Assembly: GCA_021650915.1 (NCBI GenBank)
Contig: CP091279.1
Location: 450,001-482,000 of the forward strand
Source of the DNA: Candidatus Brocadia sp.
GTDB lineage: Bacteria > Planctomycetota > Brocadiia > Brocadiales > Brocadiaceae
Reading direction: 5' to 3'
Length of the DNA stretch: 32,000 bases
The notes below the pieces were generated by a model. It was given only the letters and a program-made list of their open reading frames with translations, searched no databases and was not told the origin of the DNA. Positions 1 to 10,035 of this stretch are shown here, piece by piece; positions within the stretch are counted from its first letter, which is position 1, and every line of letters starts with the position of its first letter. The translations under genes were made by a program, and so were the position numbers.

Positions 1-1
1 A

Positions 2-2065
2 ACGTATCAGGATAAACTCCGCATACTCGAAGATGCGGTGCGCGCTCATCCGAAGAACCCCGACGACCTGGCCAACCTGGCAGAGTATATTATCTCGGAA
101 TCTGATAACCGCGGGGAATCGGTTGAGCCCCGACGGGAATTGCTCACCTACCGCTGGCAGGAATCGAAAGAAAAGGAGCGCCTTCGGGCGGTGGAAATTC
201 TCGACCGTGCTTTGACGCTCAACCCGAAACACATAAAGGCAATGATTCAAAAGGCCATTGCGTTGAGCACCCTCAAACAGTATGACCAGGCGGAACAACT
301 TGCGGATGAGGCATTGAAGTTGTCCGGCAAGAATTACGATGCGTTGCGTCTTTATGCGAAATTTCGTTCCATGCGGGCAAATCAATATTCTGCCGAGGCA
401 ATGAGCCTGAGACAGACAGAATGCACAAGCTCCACCTCTACAGAAACCCGACACGACGGGATCTATGAAGTTACGACAACGACCTGTTACCCGCCTTCGC
501 CTGCCGATCTGGAGAGGGCGAACCAGCTCGACGCTGCGGCCTCAGGACTGCGGGATAGGGCGCGTGCCGCTATGGAAGCAGCGGTCAAAGCTGCGAGGGG
601 CACGGTGGACAAGTATCTTATTCAGGCGGATCTCCAGCTATGGTCCGGCGACTATGACGCCGCCCAGCAAACGCTCATGGATGGCGTTAAATTGTATCCA
701 GAGTCTCTGGAAGCGCAGGATGCCCTGGTTGATTTTTTTGCAAAGACGGGGCAAAAGGTGAAGGCAGAAGAGCAACAGGCTATTGCCCGCCAGCTAATCC
801 ACACCACCGCCGCTCCCTTGCTCCGTCTGGCATGGGATCAGATCGCAAAAACCGCCTGGCAGGGGGCGCGTGCAAGGCTGGCAGCAGCGCGTCAGATTGA
901 CCCGGCTGACGCTAGGATTTCTGCCTATAGCGGAATGGTTTTGGAAGGTGAAGGCAAGACCAAAGAGGCGATTGCCGCCTTTCGGGTTGCGCTGGCGCTG
1001 GAGGAAGCGCGCGTTCGCCTCGATGAACCTCCGATAAACAGCGAAATGCCTCTGACCCGTGACCCGCTTGATTTTGGGTTGGCCATCCAGTCCCGTTTTC
1101 ATCTTGCACATCTTCTGGAACAGGGCGGAAAGCAGCAGGAAGAGCTTGATCAGTACCTTGCTTCTCTCAGGTATGAACCGAGAATGCTGCCGGGTTGGGA
1201 ATCGTGGCAAATGTTTACTGCCATGCTGCCGGATCAGAAACCAGAAAAAGGCGCCGAGATGATTGCCCCGGTAAATGCCGCCACGTTAATCGCGGAAGCC
1301 CATCTGCGTGCCGGTAAACTCTTTGCATCCCTCGGTAAACAAGATAAGGCGATAGAACAGTTTTCAGCCGCAGCCCGGTTGGGTCCGCAGCGTATGGCCA
1401 ATATTCCTATGGTAGGAAATGCGCAGGGTGATACGAACTTTGGCGGATTAGCCGGGGCGCCGGCCTCAGAGGCATCATTTTACCTGGCGCGGGCCCTTCT
1501 GGCTAAGGGCGATGCAGAGGGCGCCAGTAATACCCTTTACGAAATAGGAAGAACAATTCCTGAAGACCTCCGGGACGATCTCAACCAACTCAACATGGCC
1601 ATTGCACGGGCTCATTCACAGCAACAGCAAGAGCAACAGGATCCGTACGCCGGAATGAGTCAGGAACAACGCTCCTATGCGGATCGTCAATATCAGCGTG
1701 ACCGTGAGCGTCAGCAGATGGCAGCACGGCAATTTGCGTCCAAAGCAAAGGTTGTTCCGGAGTTGGTGGGCGTCTGGGAGATGTCTCCTGACAACAAATT
1801 TCTGCCCTGGAAGAAAACCCTGACCATCGAGTCGAACGCCAATTTCACGATCGCTTCTCACAATGAGGGTTCAGCACGCCGGGGAAAAGTAGATGTCCAG
1901 CAGGCAGGGAGTATGGCACAGGGAGTGCCTGATAATGTCAACGGACAAATGATGATGTTCGACGAGTCGGGCTCCGTTTCCACCATGTGGTATGAATTTA
2001 TAGATCGTGACCGAATGCGGATTACCGATTTGGACGGAACTCTTTACGAAGCGCGCCGTCGCTGA
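2..2065 (+). CDS. TPR-repeat protein, 5'-partial (runs off the left window edge)
   Basis: The frame is open from nt 2 (TYQDKLRILEDAVRAHPKNPDDLANLAEY...), so the GTG at 38 is only the first in-window start. It has repeated ~34-aa helical A/L/Y-rich units (e.g. ALTLNPKHIKAMIQKAIALSTLKQYDQAEQLADEALKL; ARQIDPADARISAYSGMVLEGEGKTKEAIAAFRVAL) typical of TPR. These are followed by a Gln/Arg-rich linker (HSQQQQEQQD...RERQQMAARQ) and a ~100-aa C-terminal domain. Stop at 2063-2065. Confidence 0.75.
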   Translation, partial: TYQDKLRILEDAVRAHPKNPDDLANLAEYIISESDNRGESVEPRRELLTYRWQESKEKERLRAVEILDRALTLNPKHIKAMIQKAIALSTLKQYDQAEQLADEALKLSGKNYDALRLYAKFRSMRANQYSAEAMSLRQTECTSSTSTETRHDGIYEVTTTTCYPPSPADLERANQLDAAASGLRDRARAAMEAAVKAARGTVDKYLIQADLQLWSGDYDAAQQTLMDGVKLYPESLEAQDALVDFFAKTGQKVKAEEQQAIARQLIHTTAAPLLRLAWDQIAKTAWQGARARLAAARQIDPADARISAYSGMVLEGEGKTKEAIAAFRVALALEEARVRLDEPPINSEMPLTRDPLDFGLAIQSRFHLAHLLEQGGKQQEELDQYLASLRYEPRMLPGWESWQMFTAMLPDQKPEKGAEMIAPVNAATLIAEAHLRAGKLFASLGKQDKAIEQFSAAARLGPQRMANIPMVGNAQGDTNFGGLAGAPASEASFYLARALLAKGDAEGASNTLYEIGRTIPEDLRDDLNQLNMAIARAHSQQQQEQQDPYAGMSQEQRSYADRQYQRDRERQQMAARQFASKAKVVPELVGVWEMSPDNKFLPWKKTLTIESNANFTIASHNEGSARRGKVDVQQAGSMAQGVPDNVNGQMMMFDESGSVSTMWYEFIDRDRMRITDLDGTLYEARRR

Positions 2066-2116
2066 TGATTCACCCGTAAATTATTTCAAAGTCTGGTTCA
2101 GATTTTATTAATAATG

Positions 2117-2143
2117 TAGAAAACCACGTCCTGTGGGCGTGGT
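2117..2143 (-). terminator. Hairpin plus short T-tract, candidate intrinsic terminator on the minus strand
   Basis: accacgtcc/tgt/gggcgtggt (2123-2143) forms a 9-bp stem with one G.U pair and a 3-nt loop. On the minus strand it is followed by TTTTCT (complement of 2117-2122). It lies ~420 nt downstream of the transporter stop, so which transcript it ends is unclear. Confidence 0.3.
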
Positions 2144-2407
2144 CAGAGAACAACGGCTATGCCAGTTATCCCCTTCGATAAGTATGACGGAACTGGTTTT
2201 CGCCATGCCGGTATTTTCCCCAAGAGATGTTCAATTTTGAGTATAAAACGTTGAAAATACAAATAGGCTTACCGCTCATATCCCAAAGAAGCATTTTGGT
2301 TGCATGAAAACGAATCGCAGTTAGTTCTACACACTACGGGAATTACTTACAGTTTGCGTAATGAGTACAAATGGCAAACTTATCCCCTTTTAGGGGTTAA
2401 CCCAAAG

Positions 2408-2440
2408 CCACCTGCTCCGCGGGTGGATTCTTTACTTTTC
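2408..2440 (+). terminator. Hairpin plus T-rich tail, candidate intrinsic terminator on the plus strand
   Basis: ccacctg/ctccg/cgggtgg (2408-2426) forms a 7-bp stem with one G.U pair, followed by attctttacttttc. It lies ~345 nt downstream of the TPR gene stop. Confidence 0.3.
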
Positions 2441-2564
2441 ACGGTATAAGAAGCATTTAATCATTGAAGATAAAGAGATTTCTTTGTATTGTGCGGTGTA
2501 AGATGGAATGCTGAACACACAGCATCCGTTCACACACTCCGCGTAGGAACGAGAGGGAAATATA

Positions 2565-3185
2565 CTAATGCACCATGAAAGAGATGATCCCGATAACGAT
2601 GAGTATGCCGCCAATGATCTCTTTTTCGTACTCTTCAATACTGCAGAGGTTGATCTTCTTTACCCCGTTATAGGCAAGGATGGTCAGCACCAGCATGCCA
2701 GAAATGGTTGTCACGGACAAAATGATAGAGAGCAGTAGCAGTTTGCCCCAGCTGAAGGCACTGGCTGCCAGAAATATCGGCAACGCAGCAACACAGGGTG
2801 ACGAGCTTAACATGACGAAGAGCGAGATTGCAATGGTCTTGTCTGAAAATTTTGCATGGTTATGATTGTGCGTTCCATGCCGTAGTCTTCCAACAACGAC
2901 ATAGATAATACCCAGCACAATCAGGATGCCGCCCGCCAGAGGCTCCGCGAAGGTTTCAGCATATTTTGTTATGTGAAATCCAAGAATAGCAATGATGAAG
3001 CCCAAAATTGTCGTTGCTATAGAATGCCCCAGCCCTGCAATGGTTGTGATAAAGACGGTTTTCGTCAGGCTCCACTTCTGCCCTTTTCCGATCAGCGCAA
3101 AGGGCATCCAGTGATTTGGCATGATGGCATGCGTCAGGGCAATAAGAAAGGTTGCTCCGATAAGACTGATGGTTGTATTGTACAT
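2565..3185 (-). CDS. Polytopic membrane protein, putative Ni/Co transporter of the NicO/RcnA-like superfamily
   Basis: 206 aa, almost entirely hydrophobic helices. THAIMPNHW in the first helix (H-x4-N-H) is a variant of the NiCoT/NicO H-x4-D-H signature. A central His-rich loop (RLRHGTHNHNHAKF) resembles that of RcnA-type exporters. The family call rests on motif recall only. Confidence 0.5.
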   Translation of the reverse strand: MYNTTISLIGATFLIALTHAIMPNHWMPFALIGKGQKWSLTKTVFITTIAGLGHSIATTILGFIIAILGFHITKYAETFAEPLAGGILIVLGIIYVVVGRLRHGTHNHNHAKFSDKTIAISLFVMLSSSPCVAALPIFLAASAFSWGKLLLLSIILSVTTISGMLVLTILAYNGVKKINLCSIEEYEKEIIGGILIVIGIISFMVH

Positions 3186-3291
3186 GGTTAAAAATGTTTC
3201 ACTACCGAGGAGGTTACTTCAAAAGATTAAACACAAAAACCGCGGGTATTATCAAAATTACCTCTTGTTCAAGAGAATGATACGGGACGTA

Positions 3292-4110
3292 TTACAAGCC
3301 AACCATGGCAATCTTTGCGTCATCGGCGGCCTTGATTGTTTCTTCAATATCCAGGATAAGAGTTTTCTCGGCTTCTAAGGCGAGAGCAGAAGCAGAGGAC
3401 TCCTGCAATGACTTGATGGTTTCTAATCCAACCGTAGGGATATCAAACCGCGGATCAAAATCGTGCTTGCTGACCTTGATAACGACAATGCCGTCTTTCC
3501 CAAGATTCCCCCCGCGACGGATTGCTTCATCCGTCCCTTCCAGGGCCTCCACGGACAACACGACCTTTTCCTTTACCACAATGCATTGGCCAATGCCGAG
3601 CCTGGCAATCTCTTTGGCAATAGGCCATCCAAACCTGATATCTTCCATCTCTGTTTCTGTGGGCTGTCTTCGGGTCAATGTGCCCTTTTGCGCAAGGAGT
3701 TGCGGCACGTAGAGGGTAGAGTTTTGCAGTTCTATACCGTCTTTTAATAATTCGTCAGCGACGGCCCCAAGCAAGGAGTGATCGTCTCTCCGTTTTACAT
3801 GCCGGTACCAAAGGTTAATCGTCCTCAGATCCGGCAGGAAGCGGAGATTTCTCCACGAAGAGAACATATTGGTCTTTTTCAGTCCTCCTGCCATGACGGC
3901 CTTGGAAACCTGTTCCTGTTTAAACACCTTGATAAGTTTACCGATCTGGGCAATACCAACCCAGTAAAGCTTTTCTACGTATTGCTCGATTTCCGGAGAC
4001 GTCTCTCCTTCGATGCCCACGGCAATGACCGGCACGTTATTATCCCGTGCTCCTTTTGCAAATAAAATAGGAAACCGCCCATTTCCCGCAATTAATCCGA
4101 TTTTATCCAT
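3292..4110 (-). CDS. lpxI: UDP-2,3-diacylglucosamine pyrophosphatase LpxI (DUF1009 family)
   Basis: 272 aa. The N-terminus MDKIGLIAGNGRFPILFAKGAR..IAVGIEGETSPEIE and the C-terminal ..IVVIKVSKHDFDPRFDIPTVGLETI.. match the LpxI/DUF1009 pattern I know. It lies 37 nt downstream of lpxD on the same strand. Confidence 0.8.
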   Translation of the reverse strand: MDKIGLIAGNGRFPILFAKGARDNNVPVIAVGIEGETSPEIEQYVEKLYWVGIAQIGKLIKVFKQEQVSKAVMAGGLKKTNMFSSWRNLRFLPDLRTINLWYRHVKRRDDHSLLGAVADELLKDGIELQNSTLYVPQLLAQKGTLTRRQPTETEMEDIRFGWPIAKEIARLGIGQCIVVKEKVVLSVEALEGTDEAIRRGGNLGKDGIVVIKVSKHDFDPRFDIPTVGLETIKSLQESSASALALEAEKTLILDIEETIKAADDAKIAMVGL

Positions 4111-4147
4111 ACATTGTTTTTTTGTTTTTCTGATTTATTGTAACAAT

Positions 4148-5218
4148 TTATTTAGTTTGTGCCGTCTCATTACGCCCTTCCAATTGCGCAATCCTTTTTT
4201 CGAGGGTTTTGATAAGGTCCCTCATTTCAGGTAATTTTTCAATGATCACGTAACATTTCCGCATCCGCCGGATGGGGAGTGCAGGCGCCCCCAGATACGT
4301 TTCGTTGCTGGGGATGTCATTGATCACCCCCGAATACCCGCCAACCGTGACATTATCGCCAACGGTAACATGACCCACAACCCCGGATCCGCCGGCAAGG
4401 GTTACGTGTCTGCCGATCTTGGCAGAACCGGCAATTCCGACCTGCGATACAATCAGGGAATTTTCACCGATCTCTACGTTGTGCGAGATAACTACCTGAC
4501 TATCGATCTTCGTACCCTTTCTGATTACCGTTTCACCCATGACGGCACGATTGATGGTGGTATTTGCCCCAATGTCTACGTCATCTTCAATGATGGTACT
4601 GCCGATCTGTGGTATCTTGTAATACCCCTGGCCGTCCGGTGCATAGCCGAAGCCGCTGCTGCCGATGACGGTATTGCTGTGAATGGTTACCCGTTTGCCA
4701 ATGATCGTTTCATCGTAAATCACGGCATTGGGATAAATAATGGTATCGTCGCCAATGATACAGCCATTACCAATATAGACGCAAGGGTGTAAAACCACGC
4801 GATTGCCGATGCGGGCATTTTTGCCAATGGTGACGTATGGCTGGACGGAAATCTGGTGACCCAGTACGGCAGTTTTGTCAATTCTGGCAGAAGGATCGAC
4901 ACCCTCAGGGTAGACGGGCTTCTTGTATATCAGGAGGTCTATAAGCTTTGCAAAGGCCAGATAAGGATTGTTGCATACTAAAAGGTTCCTTTTCGTTTGT
5001 TGAGAAAGGAATATGTTGGTATCTCTCAGTTTTGGCGAGACAATGATGGCAGAGGCCTTTGTCTGATCGATTTTCCGGATATATTTATCGTTCGATATAA
5101 AGGTAATATCTCCCTCACGGGCGTCATCAATACCCATCACGCCGCTGATCTTAACGGAAGGATCTCCAACGACCGTACCGCCAACGTGTTCAGAAAGCTC
5201 TTGCAGGGTCTTTTCCAT
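4148..5218 (-). CDS. lpxD: UDP-3-O-acylglucosamine N-acyltransferase LpxD
   Basis: The N-terminal [47 protein letters not shown] is typical of LpxD. It is followed by long left-handed beta-helix hexapeptide repeats ([50 protein letters not shown]...). I chose the ATG at 5218 (Met44 of the 399-aa track ORF) because the upstream 43 codons overlap the CPBP gene and have no LpxD-like sequence. Confidence 0.9.
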   Translation of the reverse strand: MEKTLQELSEHVGGTVVGDPSVKISGVMGIDDAREGDITFISNDKYIRKIDQTKASAIIVSPKLRDTNIFLSQQTKRNLLVCNNPYLAFAKLIDLLIYKKPVYPEGVDPSARIDKTAVLGHQISVQPYVTIGKNARIGNRVVLHPCVYIGNGCIIGDDTIIYPNAVIYDETIIGKRVTIHSNTVIGSSGFGYAPDGQGYYKIPQIGSTIIEDDVDIGANTTINRAVMGETVIRKGTKIDSQVVISHNVEIGENSLIVSQVGIAGSAKIGRHVTLAGGSGVVGHVTVGDNVTVGGYSGVINDIPSNETYLGAPALPIRRMRKCYVIIEKLPEMRDLIKTLEKRIAQLEGRNETAQTK

Positions 5219-6149
5219 GGTACGTTGCCTTCGTGATAAATCGTATGAGAATGAATGTAAACAATAAAAAAATCCATCCAAGCACCCCGGTAACGATATA
5301 GTGATCGCCGAACAACCATTCGAAATGCTTGCCCGCATGGTGATCAAAGAGGAGCTTATTTGTCTTCATGAGAAATACCCATCCTGCATGGAGACCGATG
5401 GCGAGGTACAGAGATTTTGTGCGGAGGCACGAGTATGACAATACCGCGCCAACAAGAAAAAGCCCAATGAGGGCAGGCCAGATGGCAACGAAATCGATGA
5501 CGATGTATTTGAAGGACTGGTAAATAATGATAAATCCGATAAACGGTTGAATTCCTGATGACACTAAATATTTTACCTTAAAGAAATGCAACGAAGAAAA
5601 AAAGAGACTGCTGATAGCTATGGCGGAAACGGCGCGCATATCCACTAACATGCTTTGGAATATGAATCCCCTGAACAGGAGTTCTTCAATGCCTCCGACA
5701 AGACCAGCGATGAGTATCAGCGTCAGGAGCCGAACGACAATATCTGCGAATGACCTGGTATCTGGCCGGAATGTCTGGATACCACTGAGCCAGAGGATGG
5801 CAACATAGATAACAAACATCCCCGTACCGAGGAGGAAACCCGTTTGTAATTGTTTCCGCCAGCCCCGGATCGGTTTTATCCCGCTCATGATCAAAGAACC
5901 GATCTTCAGCGGTTTTCTCAGAAAAAAAATCAGGAGAATGGCAACAGCCATCATGATGCGGCGCATGACCCTCCCGAAGTCGTAACTTTCCTGCTTGAAA
6001 TTAAGCAAGCTTTTGATGAAAGGACTTGATGTCAACAAGGTATCCAGGATGGCCTTGATTAGGGGGGCAAGCAGGCTGCTCAGGACTAACACCAGAAAGA
6101 ATAAAAGGAATATTTTGTTGTATTGCTTTAAGCCGCTCCATGAATTCAT
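5190..6149 (-). CDS. CPBP-family intramembrane glutamic endopeptidase (CAAX protease / Abi-domain membrane protein)
   Basis: A multi-TM protein with the diagnostic motifs [11 protein letters not shown] (EExxxR), FFSSLHF (FxxxH) and [10 protein letters not shown] (HxxxN/D-like). I chose the start at ATG 6149 ([21 protein letters not shown]..., a signal-anchor-like sequence). The 3' end overlaps the lpxD start by 29 nt. Confidence 0.8.
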   Translation of the reverse strand: MNSWSGLKQYNKIFLLFFLVLVLSSLLAPLIKAILDTLLTSSPFIKSLLNFKQESYDFGRVMRRIMMAVAILLIFFLRKPLKIGSLIMSGIKPIRGWRKQLQTGFLLGTGMFVIYVAILWLSGIQTFRPDTRSFADIVVRLLTLILIAGLVGGIEELLFRGFIFQSMLVDMRAVSAIAISSLFFSSLHFFKVKYLVSSGIQPFIGFIIIYQSFKYIVIDFVAIWPALIGLFLVGAVLSYSCLRTKSLYLAIGLHAGWVFLMKTNKLLFDHHAGKHFEWLFGDHYIVTGVLGWIFLLFTFILIRFITKATYHGKDPARAF

Positions 6150-6296
6150 TCTGAAAATGATAGTCTTGTAAAAAGAAGATGTCAACTGAAAATAGTTTTT
6201 GGCTGAGTAACATTGTCTATATGAAGGTGGGGTTCTGTTTGCTCCTTGACAAGAGTAAATCATAGCTGTAGATTATGACAAAGCAATTATGCCTTA

Positions 6297-6821
6297 TTGA
6301 AACGCAAAAGGCAGTTTTTTATGTTGGTGCATTTGGAGGAATTACATCTGCCTGCATCAAATTCTAAAGTCACGTTATTTCATCAGAAAATTCTTGCCCA
6401 CGAACTTACCCTCAAACGTCCCGCTCACGAACTGAGAAAATTAAATCAAACCCTCGCTTCTTCTACCGTTGACCTGAATCCTCGCCAGATAGACGCCGCC
6501 TTATTTGCCTTCAATTGTCCTCTTTCAAGAGGTGCAATCCTTTGTGATGAAGTCGGTCTTGGAAAGACTATCGAAGTGGGACTGATAATAAGCCAGCTCT
6601 GGGCAGAAGGGAAAAGGAAGATAATCATCGTAGTCCCTGCATCATTGAGAAAACAATGGCAGAATGAACTCTTTGAGAAATTTAACATCCCCGGTGTTAT
6701 TGTCGATGGCTCAGAATACAAAACATCGAAAAAGGATGCATTAAACCCTTTTGATCGTGACAACCTTGCAGTTATTGTCTCCACCCCTTTTGCCTTTCCA
6801 AAAAGGATTAAAAGCAAGTGA
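6297..6821 (+). pseudogene. N-terminal stub (174 codons) of an SNF2-family helicase
   Basis: ..VDLNPRQIDAALFAFNCPLSRGAILCDEVGLGKTIEVGLIISQLWAEGKRKIIIVVPASLRKQWQNELFEKF.. contains the Q-motif and Walker A/motif I-Ia of SNF2 ATPases (canonical LADEVGLGKTIEAG). Such proteins are normally >800 aa. Here the ORF stops after motif Ia, and its stop overlaps the hsdR start (6818). Confidence 0.7.
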
Positions 6822-8182
6822 GTAATAAAAAAGATTTGTCGGAAAGAGATATATGCACGCAGTTCATCTTGCCTGCGCTGGTTAAGTCCGGATGGGATGT
6901 TGAGAAGCAAGTCCGGGAAGAGGTCTTCTTTACAGACGGTCGAATCTTTGTCAAAGGCAAAAAGACTGTCCGGGGTAAAAGAAAACGTGCCGACTTTATT
7001 CTCTACCTCAAACCGAATATTCCCTTAGCTGTTATTGAAGCAAAGGACAACAATCATTCCGTAGGAGCCGGATTACAGCAGGCGTTAGAATATGCAGAGA
7101 TGCTTGACGTTCCGGTTGCGTTTAGCTCAAACGGCGATGGCTTTGTTCAGCATGATCGCTCTGGTTTCTCTGCGCAAATCGAAACGGAATTGTCTTTAGA
7201 TGCCTTCCCCTCTTCTGCCGAACTTTGGAAGTTGTATAAAAAGTATAAGAGGATTGAAACGCCCGAGCAGGAAGAGATCGCTTCTTTTAATTATTTCTTT
7301 GACGGATCGGGGCGGGCGCCTCGTTATTATCAGCAGAGAGCCATTAACCGAACCGTGGAAGCCGTCGCCCGCGGGCAGAACAGAATCCTCCTCGTGATGG
7401 CTACCGGAACGGGAAAGACCTATACCGCCTTCCAGATTATTTATCGTCTCTGGAAAAACGGACGTAAAAAACGGATTCTCTTTCTGGCGGACCGCAATGT
7501 GCTTATCGACCAGACCAGACGCAATGACTTTAAACATTTCAAAGATCGCATGACGGTCATCAAAAAGAAAAAGATTGATAAGGCATTTGAGATATACCTT
7601 GCCCTTTATCAAGGATTAACAAACTATAACGAGGACAAGGACGCATACAAAGAGTTTAGCAGAGATTTCTTTGATCTTGTGGTAGTTGACGAGTGCCATC
7701 GTGGAAGCGCTGCCGCCGATAGCGCATGGAGGGCTATCCTTGATTATTTTCGTTCTGCGACGCATATCGGCCTTACTGCAACGCCGAGAGAGACAAGAGA
7801 GATATCCAATATCGCATATTTCGGCGAACCGGTTTATACCTACACGCTCAGACAAGGTATCGAAGATGGATTTCTGGCCCCCTATAAAGTTATACGCGTT
7901 GGATTCAATGTAGATCTTGAAGGTTGGCGTCCGGAAGCAGGCAAGACAGATAAAGACGGCATCGAGGTTGATGACCGTATTTATAACACCAGGGATTTCG
8001 ATAAAAACCTCGTGATTGATGAGCGAACAAAACTGGTCGCCAAAAAGGTGTCGGAATATTTACGGAAAACAAACCGATACGATAAAACGATAGTTTTTTG
8101 TGTGGATATTGAACACGCAGAGCGGATGAGGCAAGCCATTGCTAACGAAAACCCGGATTTGGCGCTTGAAAACGGTAAGTAG
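6818..8182 (+). pseudogene. hsdR: Type I restriction enzyme R subunit, N-terminal part (nuclease domain plus helicase motifs I-III), interrupted by IS
   Basis: (M)[26 protein letters not shown].. is a classic HsdR N-terminus. A PD-(D/E)xK region is present (RADFILY...AVIEAKD). The sequence also carries [10 protein letters not shown], Walker [11 protein letters not shown], and DEAH-box VVDECHRG. The frame ends ..[10 protein letters not shown] then TAG, where the TAG is created by the IS junction. Confidence 0.9.
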
Positions 8183-8365
8183 TGTTTGAACGGAAACCCC
8201 CCAGAGCCCTGTAAAGTAAGGAGAAGCTGGTGAAAAATGTTCATGAAAGTCATTGAATTTTTTCGGGTAAAAGGGTAAAATATGGCGAAAATGAAGGGAT
8301 TCTGGGTATAAAGAGTCCAAATATTCGGTTCATTAACCCACTAGCCAAAGGACATTCGATAGAAG

Positions 8366-9106
8366 ATGAGAAAGAGATTTGAGCAGCAATTGAAGCTTGG
8401 CATCATACCCATTTCAGGGGTAAAACTGCCAATAAAGAGTCGAGATGAGCTACCACCGATACTGAGGGCGTTGCAACATATCTATGTTACACCGGAGTTG
8501 AACGAGGAGGTATTCCGGATATTAGAGGCGAAGGTAACGAAGGGGAAGAAAAAGACGGGAAGATATGGGATGGATTTATGGCATATTTTGGTGTTGTCGG
8601 TGGTAAGATTAGGGTTAGATGCCGATTATGACAGGTTGGAGGATTTTGCCAACCATCACAAACTTATCAGGCAGATAATGGGGGTTGAGACGGCATTTGG
8701 AGAGGCGAAGGTTTTTTCGATGCAGAGCATCAAGGACAATATAAGATTGTTGGATGAGGAGACCCTCAGGCAGATAAATGAAGTGGTGATATCATCGGGG
8801 CATCAGTTGGTTAAAAAAAAGGACGAAGGACTGTGTATTAAGGTGGATACGTATGTGTTAGAGACGAATGTACACTTTCCGACCGATATGAATTTATTGT
8901 GGGATGCGGGACGCAAGAGTCTGGACATGATAGAGGATGCAATAGAGGAAGGCATCCTGGCGGGGAAAGGATGGCGCAAGAGCAAATATTGGAGGAGAGA
9001 GTTAAAAAAGCTGATGAGGATAAGCGCAAAGGCGTCAAGCAGCGGGGGGGAAAAACAAGGAAGAGCATGTGAGGAGTTACTTGGAATTATCGAGGGGTTT
9101 GAGTGA
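8366..9106 (+). CDS. DDE transposase, N-terminal frame (ORF A) of the IS in hsdR
   Basis: 246 aa. ..KSRDELPPILRALQHIYVTPEL..GRYGMDLWHILVLSVVRLGLDADYDRLEDFANHH..VDTYVLETNVHFPTDMNLLWD.. (first catalytic D region). From memory it resembles proteins annotated as ISNCY-family transposases. The frame breaks just after the G7A5 tract at 9044-9055. Confidence 0.75.
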   Translation: MRKRFEQQLKLGIIPISGVKLPIKSRDELPPILRALQHIYVTPELNEEVFRILEAKVTKGKKKTGRYGMDLWHILVLSVVRLGLDADYDRLEDFANHHKLIRQIMGVETAFGEAKVFSMQSIKDNIRLLDEETLRQINEVVISSGHQLVKKKDEGLCIKVDTYVLETNVHFPTDMNLLWDAGRKSLDMIEDAIEEGILAGKGWRKSKYWRRELKKLMRISAKASSSGGEKQGRACEELLGIIEGFE

Positions 9107-9830
9107 AAAGATAGGAGCGAGTCTGTTAGCCATCTACGAAAAGGTGCTAACGACGAACCAGGTAGACAAGCATGCAGGGAAAATAGGGACACTGGAGTAT
9201 TTTCACGGGATGTTGAATAAACAGATAGACCTGGTGGAGAGAAGGGTGATCCGGGATGAGGTAATACCGGCGGCAGAAAAGGTTCATTCGTTGTTTGAGC
9301 CGCATACGGAGTGGCTGTACAAAGGCAAGTCAAACAAAAGGGTAGAGTTGGGACATAATATTCTGGTAGCAAGCGATCAGTGGGGTTTCATCGTGGACCA
9401 TGTGGTAGGAGAAAAACAGGCGGATGTATCGTTGGTAATTCCATTGGCAGATAGGTTGTTGAGCCGTTACGGAGAAGGCACAATAAAGAGTATAAGTTTT
9501 GATAAAGGTTTTTACAAGAAAGAGAATAAAGAGTTGCTGAGTTTGTATATACCAGAGGTAATCCTTCCCAAGAAGGGCAAGAAGAATAAGGCGGAACAGG
9601 AAGAGGAATCGGGTAAGACATTTAAGAAGCTAAGGCACAAGCACTCGGCGGTAGAATCGGATATCAATCGTTTGGAGCATCACGGCTTGGATAGGTGTCC
9701 GGACAAAGGGCTGCATGCCTTTAAAAGATATTGTGCAATGGGCGTGTTAGCTGCGAATTTGCACAAGCTGGGAAACGTGCTGCAGGAGAAGGCACGGAAG
9801 CAGTGCGAAAAGTTGCGAAAAGCCGCCTAA
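9069..9830 (+). CDS. DDE transposase, C-terminal frame (ORF B) of the IS in hsdR
   Basis: 253 aa, with the frame open from 9024. It overlaps ORF A in the +1 frame. ..ISFDKGFYKKENKELL.. is the second D region and ..RHKHSAVESDINRLEHHGLDRCPDKGLHAFKRYCAMGVLAANLHKLG is the E/K region typical of IS4/IS5-type DDE enzymes. ORF A and ORF B together form one transposase if one G is removed from the G7 run. Confidence 0.75.
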   Translation: MRSYLELSRGLSEKIGASLLAIYEKVLTTNQVDKHAGKIGTLEYFHGMLNKQIDLVERRVIRDEVIPAAEKVHSLFEPHTEWLYKGKSNKRVELGHNILVASDQWGFIVDHVVGEKQADVSLVIPLADRLLSRYGEGTIKSISFDKGFYKKENKELLSLYIPEVILPKKGKKNKAEQEEESGKTFKKLRHKHSAVESDINRLEHHGLDRCPDKGLHAFKRYCAMGVLAANLHKLGNVLQEKARKQCEKLRKAA

Positions 9831-10035
9831 GCAAGCAAAAAACACGAAGAAAAACAGTCTGCCGGGAGGCAGGTACGCCCAGACAAGGCTAAAATAAAGG
9901 GGAAAACAAGGGAAATATGTAAAAGAACAGTATTTTTGCCAAAAACCCTAATCTCAAATCTTAAAATTATCTATTGGTAAATAGAAAATCGACCTCGCAC
10001 TTTTACAAAAAGTGCGTTTTCGTTCAGACACTATG

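Larger units (their letters stand above)
8180..10035 (+). mobile_element. Insertion sequence (~1.85 kb) inside hsdR, ISNCY/IS5-superfamily-like
   Basis: The terminal inverted repeats are tagtgtttgaacggaaac (8180-8197) and the reverse complement of 10016-10033 (tagtgtctgaacgaaaac), matching at 16/18. Removing 8180-10035 (1856 nt) joins ..GGT AAG to TAT GTC ATG.. and restores a continuous ..ALENGK|YVMRITGDDE.. frame. GTA occurs at both junctions (8179-8181 and 10035-10037), compatible with a 2-3 bp target duplication. The exact ends are ambiguous by 1-3 nt. Confidence 0.85.

Noticed and set aside
794-5319. Antisense or overlapping track ORFs inside the TPR, transporter, lpxI and lpxD genes (e.g. 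794-1210 -, 2680-2865 +, 3305-3712 +, 4370-4792 +, 5137-5319 -)
   Set aside because: They lie wholly within, and opposite to or out of frame with, genes that have strong family signatures. Their sequences are low-complexity and have no recognisable motifs. They are typical shadow ORFs.
5219-6263. Long N-terminal extensions of lpxD (to 5347) and of the CPBP protease (to 6263) given by the ORF track
   Set aside because: The extensions have no family-like sequence. The lpxD extension overlaps the CPBP coding region. The internal Met codons (5218, 6149) give N-termini that match the families ([14 protein letters not shown].., and a signal-anchor-like [18 protein letters not shown]..).
9044-9055. 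G7A5 tract as a programmed -1 ribosomal frameshift site joining transposase ORF A and ORF B
   Set aside because: ORF B lies in the +1 frame relative to ORF A (codon phase 2 to phase 0). A -1 slip would not join them. A 1-nt insertion in the G run, or a sequencing error, is the simpler reading. I cannot fully exclude +1 or -2 recoding.
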